A program made the translations under genes and the position numbers. DNA of 64,000 nt from positions 4,191 to 68,190 of the forward strand of contig JACRIJ010000044.1 of NCBI GenBank assembly GCA_016220095.1. Reading direction: 5' to 3'. Origin of the DNA: Planctomycetota bacterium (GTDB lineage: Bacteria > Planctomycetota > MHYJ01 > JACQXL01 > JACRIJ01). The notes beneath the pieces are model-generated. The model was not told the origin of the DNA. It did not search any database and saw only the letters and a program-made list of their open reading frames with translations. Below, piece by piece: positions 40,901 to 48,300 of the stretch (position 1 is the first letter of the stretch; the number at the start of each line of letters is the position of its first letter).

Positions 40901-43900
40901 GCAGATAGCATGTATCGGCCATATTCAGAACGCCTGTAACGAGAACCGCGTTATTAGCCTTCAGGTCGTCGCCGCTGTTAAGATTCAATGTGCCGCTCAC
41001 CGTAGTATTGTAAGTTATAAGCGGATTCGTTCCCGCAAGACTGCTGTTACCGCCGTTGAACTCAAGAGTATCATCACCGGCTGTAAATGACCCGTTATTT
41101 GTAAAGATATTCTGTATCTTCAAAGTGCCTGTCGCAGTTGAAATGCCCAGCACGGTGCCGTTAGAGATTTCCATATTATAAAAATTCGTAACCGTAGTAC
41201 CCGAAATATCGCAGGATACTCCCGTAAAATAAACCGTGCTGAAAATCTGCGTAAAAGCGCCGTTATTTACCCAGTTCCCCTTGACTTTCAACTGGTTTAT
41301 CGCGCCTATAGTAAGCGTTTTGACGGTAAATATTTCGATGTTATTGAATTCTGTAACTGAAATGCCGCTTACGGAAGACGGCACGCCCTTGAATACCACT
41401 TTTGATGTTGACGGGGTAAACGTACCGTCATTAGTCCAGTTACCGGTAAGATTGACCGTATATGCCTGGGCATTGAAATTAGCCGATATGCCTATTACAA
41501 TATCTCCGGAAACGGTTACATCGCCGCCGAGTGAAACCGCGGCGCTTGTATTCTCTATATGAAGGTCGTGGTATGACGCGCCACCGGGCGGCTGGGGCAC
41601 TGTCTGGACCGCGGTGCCTGAAAATTCCATTACACCGGCTGTTGACGAAAAAGTGCCGCTCATCGTAATTCCATTTTTTATCTTTAAGGTGCCTTCCACG
41701 CTTAAAGCGCCGCTGACGGTCAACGAATCCGCCGCACTGTAAACCGCGGAAGATATTATCGTAAGATTATTAAAACTTGAACCGCCGCTTGTAAGTGATG
41801 AATTTGCGCCTTTCAACGTAATGGTTCCGGCTCCGGCTGTAAATGTGGCCGAATTGGTGAATGAACCTGATATGCTTACTGTTACCGGCGAAAAAACGCC
41901 CGAATTCGTCACACTGCCGCCGATGGTAAAACTGGCGGAAGATGCGGCATTTGTAAAAGAACCGGTATTGGTAAGATTGCCGTTTATTGTAAACGTTATC
42001 GCATTGCTGACGGAAATGGCGCCGCCGTTGGAGACGTCGCGCTGGATTTCAAGTTTTGAAGTAGTGCCGCCGGAAGTAAAATTCAACTGCCCCGCGCTTC
42101 CTTCGCCCAGGTCGGATTCAATAGTTAATCCGCCCGTTATAACCAACTGCCGGTTATTTCCGGTAGTATCAAGCCGCGAACCGTCTTCCAATATCAAACT
42201 GCCTATGGTGGCATTGGTATTTAGAATGGGATACTCCGTCGTACCGTTATAAACTGGGGCGGTGCTCGGACTGCCGATCTTAACCTTTTCACCCTGTACG
42301 GGAACTCCGTCCGGGGCCCAATTCGCGGCCTCGCTCCAGTTTTGCGTGGAGCCGCCGCCGTCCCATTGCCGTATCGGCCAAACCATATCGCCACCGGCTA
42401 CGTAACCACTGCCGCTCTCGTATTCGTATAGTTCATCGCCTTTCTCGCCGCTTGCCGCAATCATGCTTAAGGCGCTTGCCGCCGCGCTGGCAGGGATGTA
42501 TACGTTGTACTGGCAATACCTGTCAAAACTGCATCCGGAAAAGACATATTTATTGGCGGTAATGCCGGCCATTTCAAGACGCAGGTAATAACCTGTCTGC
42601 AATGTATCGCTATTTGTAAAATTAACGTTATCTATGTTCAGACTGGCCGCGCTGACGATCCGCATGCCGTTATCGTCCGGGTTGGCAAAATTGAGCCCGT
42701 TTATGTTAAGAATGGCAACCGCATTGTTCACCGTAAAAGAAAATTTCGTGCCCGTATCGGTAAGCGTCGGGGTATCCGTAGTTTGAAAAGTTCCGTTTAC
42801 GGTTACTGCCGGTGTGCGTATAGTGCCGTCATTGCTCATGTATAACGTACCCGTGGTTGAAACGGTCAACTGATTCGTTACCGTAACCACATCGCCCGTA
42901 TTAACAACAAGTTTTCCGTCACATTGCAGATTGTAAAAACCAAGATTGGCCCCGGCAACGCCGCCATTCGTGCCGTTAAAAATAACCATTGAAGTCCCGG
43001 CTGAAAACGTGCCGCTGTTTGTGAACGTACCCCTGAGTTTGACCTGCCCTATCGCGCCTATGGAAAGCGTACAGGTATTCTCAAGCGAAATATTATTGAA
43101 CGTGTCCGCAACGACGCCGTTTATCACGGATGAAGCGCCGGTGAAAATGATCGTTGAATTGCCTGAAACAAAACCGGCTGTTGCCGCGTTATTGTCCTGC
43201 CAATTGCCGGAAACCTTTATGGTTTCGCCGGTATTGGTTATAGTCAATGTCGCATTATTGCTTATGGTGACATTATTGAACGTAGGCATGCTTATGCCCT
43301 GGACTTCGGAATTTGCGCCCGCGAATACAACGGTGGAAGAACTGCCGTTGAAAGTGCCGTTATTGATAAAGTTGCCGTTAATGGTAATCTGGGAATTGCC
43401 GCCGGATAACGTTGCGCCCTGGTTGATTGTCAGGTTGCCGTTCACAACAATATTACCCTGCAAGGTTACAGTACTGGAAAGATTGTTGATTACGAGATTA
43501 TTGTAGGTCTTAGCAGGAATACTCTGCGAAATTGAGCCGTTTAATTCCAGCGTACCGCCTGCGGGCGTAAACGTCGCAGGAATGGATATCGCCTTCTGTA
43601 CCTTTAAATAGCCCGCGAGAACCAACGTATCGGTAATAGTAAAATCGTCCGTAGCAGTATAGGAAGACGTTGAAGGGAAATTAACCTTAAAATAACTCCC
43701 GAGGCCTGATGCGATAGTCCTGTTTACGCCCTTGAAATAAACCGTACCCGCGCCGGGAGTAACCATACCCGTGTTATCCCAGTTGCCGAATATATTTATG
43801 GAAACCGGCGTTAGCGCGCCTGAATTTACCATATCGCCGCGCACGGTAAAAAACGCATTCGCCGCGGCAATATTGTTTGTTACAGTGCCGGTATTGAACA

Positions 43901-45248
43901 AATTGCCTTGGATGTCAATGGAGCCTGTCGTGATATTCTGTATGGTAAAATCGCCGTAATTATTGAAATCGCCGCCCACGTCCAGGTAAACGTTCGTACC
44001 TGCCGCGACGCCCCATACGACTGAACCGGCCGCACCCGCTCCGGTATCCGCTTCAATGGTAAAATCACCGGCAACGTTTAACGTCCTGCTGCTGTTAGAG
44101 GTCAGGTTGCCCCCGTCTTCGATAAGAAGAGAAGCTACATTTGCGTCCGTATTTAAGTTTGGCGCGAACTGGTTTGCAAGCGTTGATTCATCGGGAATAA
44201 TTATACGATCGGCGCCTGTAGGAGTTGCATTAGGATTCCAGTTATTGGATGAGCTCCATTGGGTAGTGCCGTTGCCGGCGTCCCATTTCTTTTCCACCCA
44301 GACGATGCTCCCGGGAGTTATTATGCCGCCGCTTGTCTTATCGTCTTCCCATGTCACACCGCCTTTTGTCCCGCCGTATCCGACCATGGATACGGAACTG
44401 TTCGGCGTACCCGCGGTAGTCCTTATGTTATACTGGCAATAGGTATCAAACGTGCAATAGCTTACGCTGTAAGGCGCCTGCGACCAGTCGTTCAGCAGAA
44501 ATTGCAGATAAACGCCGGCTTCAAGCCCGTCGCTATCCGTAAAGTTTATGCCGCCGATGGTCTGCGTCAGTGACGCGGTATTGACAATCTTGAGGCCTTC
44601 GTTATCGGGATTCGTTATGTTCAAATCGGAAACATCGAGAGAACCGCCGTTCTGAACTATGAAAGAAAGCTTTGAACCCGTATCGGCAATGCTCGGAACG
44701 GAACCGCTTGAATTAAACGTGCCTTCAACAACAACTGCCTTGACATTCATCTGGCAGGAGTTTACCATGTAAAAAGACGCACCGTTGTTAACCTTAAACT
44801 GGTTCAACACGGTAATCGTATCGCCGGCATCCATGGTAAGCTTGCTTGAAACCGTAACGTTATAAAAAGTAGGCGCCACGAGGCACGTGCCAATGGTGGA
44901 ATTACTGCCGTTGAATTCCACGGTTGACGTACCGTAATTGAAAGTGCCGTTGTCAATGAATTCGCCGCCTATCCTCAGGGTCGTTACACCGGCTCCCAAA
45001 GAAAGCGTTTTCATGTCGTCTATCTTCAAATTACTAAATGACTGCGTGGCACTGCCGTTGACGGAAGAACTCGTGCCCGTGAATATGACGGTGGAACCGG
45101 TGCTGGTAAAAGTGCCGTTATTCGTCCACGCATTGACAATTTTTACCGGCATGGCAAGTGTAAATGATTTGGCATTGATGATTTCCAGGTCATAGAATTC
45201 CGTCGTGCTTGTGCCGATAACGTACACGGGAGAACCGTTACAACTCAA
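31929..45248 (-). CDS. Giant secreted repeat protein, downstream part (4439 aa): six super-repeats plus a C-terminal beta-propeller. It is almost certainly continuous with 45311..48106 through a -1 frameshift.
   Basis: The ORF track gives 4439 aa. The modules recur with (G)SI(R/Q)WP(A/K)K(K/Q/T)W(N/V)G...W(S/T)xxxNWxPxG(V/K)PxxxxKV(I/V)IP, (G)C(S/T)FDxxCQYN(V/I), L(N/V)G(L/V)NF(Q/A)NP(D/G)DNG(L/M) and ITINGN(F/W)xNNGTFT. The last 550 aa or so are propeller-like (IYCGGTGDDAKAYLFGYN, GLVYIGNNNGKIYGID). Confidence 0.85.
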   Translation of the reverse strand: MSCNGSPVYVIGTSTTEFYDLEIINAKSFTLAMPVKIVNAWTNNGTFTSTGSTVIFTGTSSSVNGSATQSFSNLKIDDMKTLSLGAGVTTLRIGGEFIDNGTFNYGTSTVEFNGSNSTIGTCLVAPTFYNVTVSSKLTMDAGDTITVLNQFKVNNGASFYMVNSCQMNVKAVVVEGTFNSSGSVPSIADTGSKLSFIVQNGGSLDVSDLNITNPDNEGLKIVNTASLTQTIGGINFTDSDGLEAGVYLQFLLNDWSQAPYSVSYCTFDTYCQYNIRTTAGTPNSSVSMVGYGGTKGGVTWEDDKTSGGIITPGSIVWVEKKWDAGNGTTQWSSSNNWNPNATPTGADRIIIPDESTLANQFAPNLNTDANVASLLIEDGGNLTSNSSRTLNVAGDFTIEADTGAGAAGSVVWGVAAGTNVYLDVGGDFNNYGDFTIQNITTGSIDIQGNLFNTGTVTNNIAAANAFFTVRGDMVNSGALTPVSINIFGNWDNTGMVTPGAGTVYFKGVNRTIASGLGSYFKVNFPSTSSYTATDDFTITDTLVLAGYLKVQKAISIPATFTPAGGTLELNGSISQSIPAKTYNNLVINNLSSTVTLQGNIVVNGNLTINQGATLSGGNSQITINGNFINNGTFNGSSSTVVFAGANSEVQGISMPTFNNVTISNNATLTITNTGETIKVSGNWQDNNAATAGFVSGNSTIIFTGASSVINGVVADTFNNISLENTCTLSIGAIGQVKLRGTFTNSGTFSAGTSMVIFNGTNGGVAGANLGFYNLQCDGKLVVNTGDVVTVTNQLTVSTTGTLYMSNDGTIRTPAVTVNGTFQTTDTPTLTDTGTKFSFTVNNAVAILNINGLNFANPDDNGMRIVSAASLNIDNVNFTNSDTLQTGYYLRLEMAGITANKYVFSGCSFDRYCQYNVYIPASAAASALSMIAASGEKGDELYEYESGSGYVAGGDMVWPIRQWDGGGSTQNWSEAANWAPDGVPVQGEKVKIGSPSTAPVYNGTTEYPILNTNATIGSLILEDGSRLDTTGNNRQLVITGGLTIESDLGEGSAGQLNFTSGGTTSKLEIQRDVSNGGAISVSNAITFTINGNLTNTGSFTNAASSASFTIGGSVTNSGVFSPVTVSISGSFTNSATFTAGAGTITLKGANSSLTSGGSSFNNLTIISSAVYSAADSLTVSGALSVEGTLKIKNGITMSGTFSSTAGVMEFSGTAVQTVPQPPGGASYHDLHIENTSAAVSLGGDVTVSGDIVIGISANFNAQAYTVNLTGNWTNDGTFTPSTSKVVFKGVPSSVSGISVTEFNNIEIFTVKTLTIGAINQLKVKGNWVNNGAFTQIFSTVYFTGVSCDISGTTVTNFYNMEISNGTVLGISTATGTLKIQNIFTNNGSFTAGDDTLEFNGGNSSLAGTNPLITYNTTVSGTLNLNSGDDLKANNAVLVTGVLNMADTCYLRVGVSCTIQGGTFSTSGSTPVVTNTGAKYSFTVNNSGKVLLNGLFFQNPNDNGLNIAANANTSIDIDNVTFSDSDGLFQGTYITLGYTSIAAYTYSFQGCTFNDGCQYNVSTTNNVGVVNNAVTMSGDSGLRTGETYENDKGGGVVAGGGSIVWRVIRWEGDVNQFWSSAGNWNTGTIPTASDKVIIPSPDDRVGAANDPVLDINATVGSLMIYDGTVFSTSGTNRTLRVNNQLFIESNQGYGSAANLNFTSSGVGSLFNAGTIQNEGTVSSAAEIFNVSGTLTNAGFFTSTSPSFAVTGDLNNTGNFTTGNMIITGSFTNSGTFTPGAGTVTLNGTTGNVTMGSALFNSVTIPTGSVYTALDTFALSSTFTLSGYLKVKTGITFGTTFTEAGGTVDFNGTSAQTMPAETYNVIIVSNTSAGGVTAGGAIAAVDLTVNNSSVFIGGGNTITINGKWTNNGTFTSQTSNVTFAGAASTIEGTAVTTFNNLSVTNTLTVNVSEIKVNGTFSNTGTFTASNSTVTFNSGSSQIAGNAGTVFNNLKINTGATLSDVTNDVRVKNIWNNIGTFTPGSTVIRFTGSTGTIEGNATTFYQLKIAGTLTMDGSDDITVSTGLTVLSGGTFNLTGNSILRLGVTGATIEGTFTSSGTTPTVTDTGSKYAFTVGTVSGAGIVVLNGLNFQNPGDNGLNITTNAGTGFDVDNVSFTDPGDSSGVGVFLKIDKIVASSTYAFTGCSFDSGCQYNVQTANGSIAASMVVKIQGYSGAKSGGAYENDNAAGQQNPGDPDNTGSIQWPAKKWNGSVSTSWSTANNWTPSGVPSTAERVIIPSPSEFTGALAQPTLNITTTLASLEIQDGAVLTASANDIKLTVNGTLVIQSNLGEGVGQFNYSCAGATSSLLLKGAVTSGGTMSVSNAVTFTMESNFTNSGTFTNATAFTLKGSLTNSGTLTPGNMTVTGSWSNTNIITTPSGTVTFNGVAGTIASGGQSFYSLKVNSGCAYTANDSISMNAGGTLTLPGTLKLKSGITFGAAFDSTGGTLEFNGTVVQSIPTAPSSYNNITVSNTSATVSFGAVVTLNGTLTIATNAVVNAGAYTIVVSGDFTNNGTFQKGTSTITFSGAPSTIGGTSITEFNNVTISATKTLQIGAIGTAKVYGVWTNNNAFTTGSSTVIFTGIASSIAGSAVTEFYNLTVDTGVTMSIDAGIAQAKVKNVFQNDGTFTANSSTVYFTGTTAEVKGANASTFYNVQVTGTLALNAGSDITVSNALTVTSAGTLSMNGSSVLRLGTPSTAGSAAIQGLFQTSGLTPTVTDKGAYFSFTVSGASGKVLINNVTFNNPDANGLSISNTANTGFDIDYASFTSSAYLAGRTYIKINFTAGSYSFAGCSFDANCQYNVFTPSGAIAGGLVVNLLGASGSKAGGTYENDDNNGSQLPAPPANNPDNTGSIRWPAKQWVGTVSNLWSVDNNWNPIGKPQAGDKVVFPTGASNYPVSIDINSTVAGIQIQDGASVSAAAADKQLTLNGNLTLDADGGAAGVPTFTFSSGGLGSLTINGTFTTGSGSSISISSPAFTANGDVTNSGSLTIGSASSTINGKVTNSGTLVLNANITVNADWNNGGSAVFTPNTTTVTLRSSNGTIDSGGDAFYNLTIPTTYTFTANDALSVSNILTVNGMLKIKSSLSVTTTFDNTNGTIEYNGTAIQNVTAFTTYNSITISNTSATVSAGGNFTTNNITINNNAVLDGNGKTITVNNIWTNDGSFTANGSTVIFSGTPSTVAGNNITQFANITIPNTKSLSLSGVSTIKIAAAWTNNGGTFNSGSSTVTFTTASGVINGSATTEFNNITVDGGTLVESVTTNFIDLKGTFSLINSGAFTCGDSEVRFTGLGGATSGTMSFFKITITGTGKLTLDAGDDVTVQSTLAVNASGKLDMQNSCNLRLGTAIAAGTLTFNGDFSTTDTLAKPAINAVNNGNRYSMTFSTSGTVDINGLNVIDPADTGMVMANVGADPSFALDRVVFSKTTGSASGVYLVLNDTTMSGMTFSGCTFDAYCTNNVQAAGGAQNPAISFTAYGGANSGGTYEIDPQNGADPDTSGSIRWPKKTWVGDTSAVWTDPLNWEDNLTIPGNYSKVVIPTAGVTNNPSISSSVEIGSLTMENGRTLSISGNDISFTIHGSFDMTSATFSYSTGGASPKVFLIDGNVTMSGTASIAVGATAGSLTTTISGNATLGVNASITFGAINTLTGSATISGNVDNSGTITVQDFRTLNVTGNFTNQVGSNIQMPDSDTNDANGGTIKISGTFNNLGTVTFGDTADELKVTGNTTAWGTISTDKGTVTVDNQLVSPNIPAGTFYNLKINTNAITTQLTGNVVVKNLLTLQSGTFSLNGLALTIGDTVAPASGTLTVSGGTLSMNTGSSITLTNGSVITVASAAAFTASGGTILSSIPATAYYDITLNGTVNITALDVYNTNTGGKGFYITNTAAITSLTAVAFYNATVGGRHLTIEQNGPISLAVADVYFDDTYLPGGYSVAVIDTAPADGQSVCVTFEYRDAATNGNGAGSATETVTSAAVNWTYTANPDIKGAVQGFPTNAFGFLGVPGWYSTYVASRNINGANTVDRIYVLANDGKLKSPVYYYDLPDASGDIVGTPWWDNEVDTSDCDGDANVVEILHTIYFGTTKGKIVKLIDTGAALNIAAGPWVGGLDISPATDSPATAPVITDDNNIYCGGTGDDAKAYLFGYNKATKVRVASFPVSHILIDKAIYTVPSSVVDAGTTWLFLGTDFVAGSALIERINVDGGVVNASISNTNGSFKSPTMLSSYLYVTDDGSQNANKGWVHAVSPYGGFAAEVASYPWPGAAHTLTGNRVPAGITAAPWDDSGMLFFGDSGGKFYAIPTNNTPKTDAAFDASSFVIQLEAVQISCTPLTIGDGLVYIGNNNGKIYGIDISAGAVVSNPDSGTSYYYYFGQNHDITSVSYDIDADKYMIGTSQGKIFYIEPLIDPTP

Positions 45249-45310
45249 CTTTGAAGTGCCGTAGTTAAAAGTTCCGTTATTTGTTAACGTGCTGTTATTG
45301 GCGTTTAATG

Positions 45311-48106
45311 TTATGTATAGGTGCCGGCGCTGAGCGTCGCCAGGGAATTTATCGTCAGCGTACCGTTCACCAATGTATTGCCCGCGAGGGAAACCGCCGC
45401 GGAGGTATTGCTTATCTTGAGGTTATTGTACGTCCACGCCGGCACTGTCTGGGCCGCTGTGCCGTTGAATTCCACCGTGCCCGTGGTGGACGAAAACGCG
45501 CCGCTTACGGATATCGTACTCGTTACCTTGATCGTGCCGGGCAAGGTTAAATTGCGGTCAATTACCAAACTGTCAAGGGCCGTATATACCTTGCCGTTAT
45601 TAATATCCACATCGTAGAAACTTGAAGCGCCTCTGGTGATATTGCCCATGGAACCATTAAAAATGACCTTTTTGTTATTGTGCGTATAGGAAGCGGAATT
45701 GGTCCAACTGCCGCCTACGGTCACGTTGCCGGGGTTAAATGAACTGGTATTAACGACGTTTCCGCTGATAGTAAAAGTACCGCTGACACTTGCGGTAAAA
45801 CCGGCGTTATTTTCAACGTTCCCGCTGATGGTGCAATTCAGCGCCGTTATGCTTATCGTGCCCGAAGATACGACGTTTCCCGATATGGTAAGCTGTGAAC
45901 CGACCACGGACTCGTTATAAGTAAATGCCGCAACGCCGTTTCCGTCATCAGGATATAATACCAGGGCGCCGCTTATGGTCAACGTCCTGCCGACGCCGTC
46001 AGTCGTTAACTGCGCGCCGCTTTCAATTTCAATTGACGCCGCAACGCCGTTGGCATTAAGGACGGGATTATAGGTGACTTTGGGAATCCGCACCCTTTCC
46101 GTCGCCAACGGAACTGAAGCAGGGCTCCAGTTGCCATTGGTATTCCACGAAGTAAGATTGCCCACAGTGCCGCCAACCCATGTCTTTTTCGGCCATCTTA
46201 TGGAACCGTTATCGTCAGGAGCGCCTGCGGTAACCTTGCCGAGGGACTGGTCGTCTTCATACTGACCGCCGCCTTTGCCGCCGGTATAACCCTGCATGGT
46301 AACAGTCTCAGTATTCCATGTCCCTGCGGATAACGTACGCACGTTAAATTGGCAGGCAAGGTCAAATGTGCAGTTTGAAAAAGTATATGAAGTGCCTGTA
46401 GGGTCAAAAGAAAAGTTCAGATAAACGCCGGATGCCTGGCCGTCGGTATTCGTAAAATTAATGCTGGCAAGGCTGAGAGCCGCGGGTTTTGTGGTAAATT
46501 TCATGCCTTCGTTGTCCGGGTTCTTGAAATCAAGCCTGGAAATACTGATATTGTTGGCGGAACTGAAAGTCCACGTAAAATACGCGCCCCTGTCAATAAC
46601 GGTCGGTGACAATGTGCCGTTAGCCGTAAAGTTTCCGCTTATTGTCGCGGACGTACCTACTCGCAAAGTACAATTATCCGTCAGGGTCAAAGTTCTGCCC
46701 GCGGCTACTGTTATAGTATTAACGGCAAGATCGTCGCCGGCGTCAAGAGTTAACGCGCCTGTAGCCGAAATAGTGCACGTGTATAATGTCAACGGCGCCG
46801 TACCGAGCAATGCACAGGAGCCGCCGTTATAAGTCACTATCCTTGTCCCTGGGACAAACGTTGATTGGTTGTTCGTCCAATTGCCGTTGACCGTATAGTC
46901 GGCAAGCGCAGTTGCGGACACTGTAGCGCTTATGATTATATTATTAAATGTCTCCGCGGCATCTGGCAGAATGGGATTGCTTCCTGAAAATACCACCGTA
47001 GAAGTACCTTCTGCAAATGCCACATCTCCGATGTTATTATCCCACGTACCGCCGTTGATGGTTATGGTATTGGCATTGGCATTTACGGCTGTCGCGCTTT
47101 GCATAAAAAATGTGCCGAGAACTGAAAAAGACCTGCTGATAGTAAACGTAGCGCCGGCCTTGTTCAACGTAAGATTATTGAAAGACGAATCCGCGGCGCC
47201 GCCAAGGGTAGCAGTATTGTCCGCGGCAGTCATGGTTACGGTATAGTTGCCGGGATTAAATGTGCCGTCGCATGTCCAGTTGTCCGTTACAATAATATTT
47301 GTATTGGCTGTCATGACACAGCTTGCGTTGATCTTTAATCTGTAAAATTGCGTGGGATTTGAACCCGCTGTAACAGTCCCGGCGGTCCCGTTGAATTCCA
47401 CCGAACATGTATTGCCTTCAATAAATGAGCCGGTTTCAATAAAATCGCCTTTCACGCGCAAAGTGCAGGTTGCCGTACTCGCGTCAAGGGTCATGCCTGT
47501 GGGAATAACCATGGAAGGCACTTCAAGAATGGAATTAGCTACAAAGATCTCAAAAACGCCGCTGTTCGTCCATGTAAAATTATTGTTTACAACCAGTTTA
47601 GTCGCCGTGGCATTACCCAGGAAAACGAGGTTATTTGAGCCGTCAAGGTCGGCAAACTCCAGGTTATCCACGGATAAGGTATCCGTAGCATTATCAGCTT
47701 CTATATAAACATCCGAACCTGAAGACATCTTCAACTTAAGAAAACCCGTTCCGGTCAGATAAGCGGTCGCATTGCCGCTGGAAAGAAGCTGGACATCATC
47801 CCGGACGAGCAGGTTATTGTCCATAATAAGCGTTGCGCCGGCCCTTATCTGAAAATCATTCACCTCGGACGGCTGATTCAATATGACGTAATCGCCGGCA
47901 TTATTAATAATCGCCAGATCGCCTTCCCTGGGCACGCTGTTGGAACTCCAGTTCGCAGGATCGCTCCATGAAATGCCGTCTCCGCCGCCGTCCCATGTCC
48001 TGGTCGCGGCAACCGCTCCGCCTGCAAAAAGGCATAAAAACACAAGACAAATCATTGCGCGTAAAAACAGACGCCTGAATCTGACAGGTTTAAAAATCCC
48101 TATCAT
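45311..48106 (-). CDS. Giant secreted repeat protein, upstream part (931 aa, signal peptide plus two super-repeats).
   Basis: The N-terminus is MIGIFKPVRFRRLFLRAMICLVFLCLFAGGAVAATRTWDGGGDGISWSDPANWSSNSVP. AGGAGG lies 4 nt upstream of the ATG at 48106. The internal module start GSIRWPKKTWVGGTVGNLTSWNTNGNWSPASVP is the same as in 31929..45248. It ends ...LTINSLATLSAGTYT*. Confidence 0.85.
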   Translation of the reverse strand: MIGIFKPVRFRRLFLRAMICLVFLCLFAGGAVAATRTWDGGGDGISWSDPANWSSNSVPREGDLAIINNAGDYVILNQPSEVNDFQIRAGATLIMDNNLLVRDDVQLLSSGNATAYLTGTGFLKLKMSSGSDVYIEADNATDTLSVDNLEFADLDGSNNLVFLGNATATKLVVNNNFTWTNSGVFEIFVANSILEVPSMVIPTGMTLDASTATCTLRVKGDFIETGSFIEGNTCSVEFNGTAGTVTAGSNPTQFYRLKINASCVMTANTNIIVTDNWTCDGTFNPGNYTVTMTAADNTATLGGAADSSFNNLTLNKAGATFTISRSFSVLGTFFMQSATAVNANANTITINGGTWDNNIGDVAFAEGTSTVVFSGSNPILPDAAETFNNIIISATVSATALADYTVNGNWTNNQSTFVPGTRIVTYNGGSCALLGTAPLTLYTCTISATGALTLDAGDDLAVNTITVAAGRTLTLTDNCTLRVGTSATISGNFTANGTLSPTVIDRGAYFTWTFSSANNISISRLDFKNPDNEGMKFTTKPAALSLASINFTNTDGQASGVYLNFSFDPTGTSYTFSNCTFDLACQFNVRTLSAGTWNTETVTMQGYTGGKGGGQYEDDQSLGKVTAGAPDDNGSIRWPKKTWVGGTVGNLTSWNTNGNWSPASVPLATERVRIPKVTYNPVLNANGVAASIEIESGAQLTTDGVGRTLTISGALVLYPDDGNGVAAFTYNESVVGSQLTISGNVVSSGTISITALNCTISGNVENNAGFTASVSGTFTISGNVVNTSSFNPGNVTVGGSWTNSASYTHNNKKVIFNGSMGNITRGASSFYDVDINNGKVYTALDSLVIDRNLTLPGTIKVTSTISVSGAFSSTTGTVEFNGTAAQTVPAWTYNNLKISNTSAAVSLAGNTLVNGTLTINSLATLSAGTYT

Positions 48107-48231
48107 ACATCCTCCTATATATATTTATTCCATTACCAAACCGCTAAAGGCGGTTCCGGAGATTGAATCGTCACTGCCTGCCACAGTCCTGTCGCAATCC
48201 TGAGCGGAGCGAAGGGAGTAAAACGAAGGGC

Positions 48232-48300
48232 AAATTCCCTGCAGCTTACTGCAGGGAGCTTCAATCCCGCCCCGCATGATTTGTTCATGCGGGTTATTTT
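48232..48300 (+). repeat. Family D hairpin element copy d (reverse orientation), immediately followed by a terminator-like stem-loop with a T-tract on the plus strand.
   Basis: aaattccctgcagcttactgcagggagcttcaa, then cccgccccgcatgatttgttcatgcgggttatttt (stem ccgcatga/tcatgcgg followed by TTATTTT). Confidence 0.5.

Noticed and set aside
32673-44573. Many plus-strand ORFs of 60-258 aa inside the giant gene (e.g. 32673..33407, 35212..35988, 42946..43506).
   Set aside because: They are antisense to a continuous 4439-aa minus-strand ORF. Their translations are low-complexity Val/Pro/Leu-rich mirror images of Thr/Asn/Gly codons, so they are artefacts.
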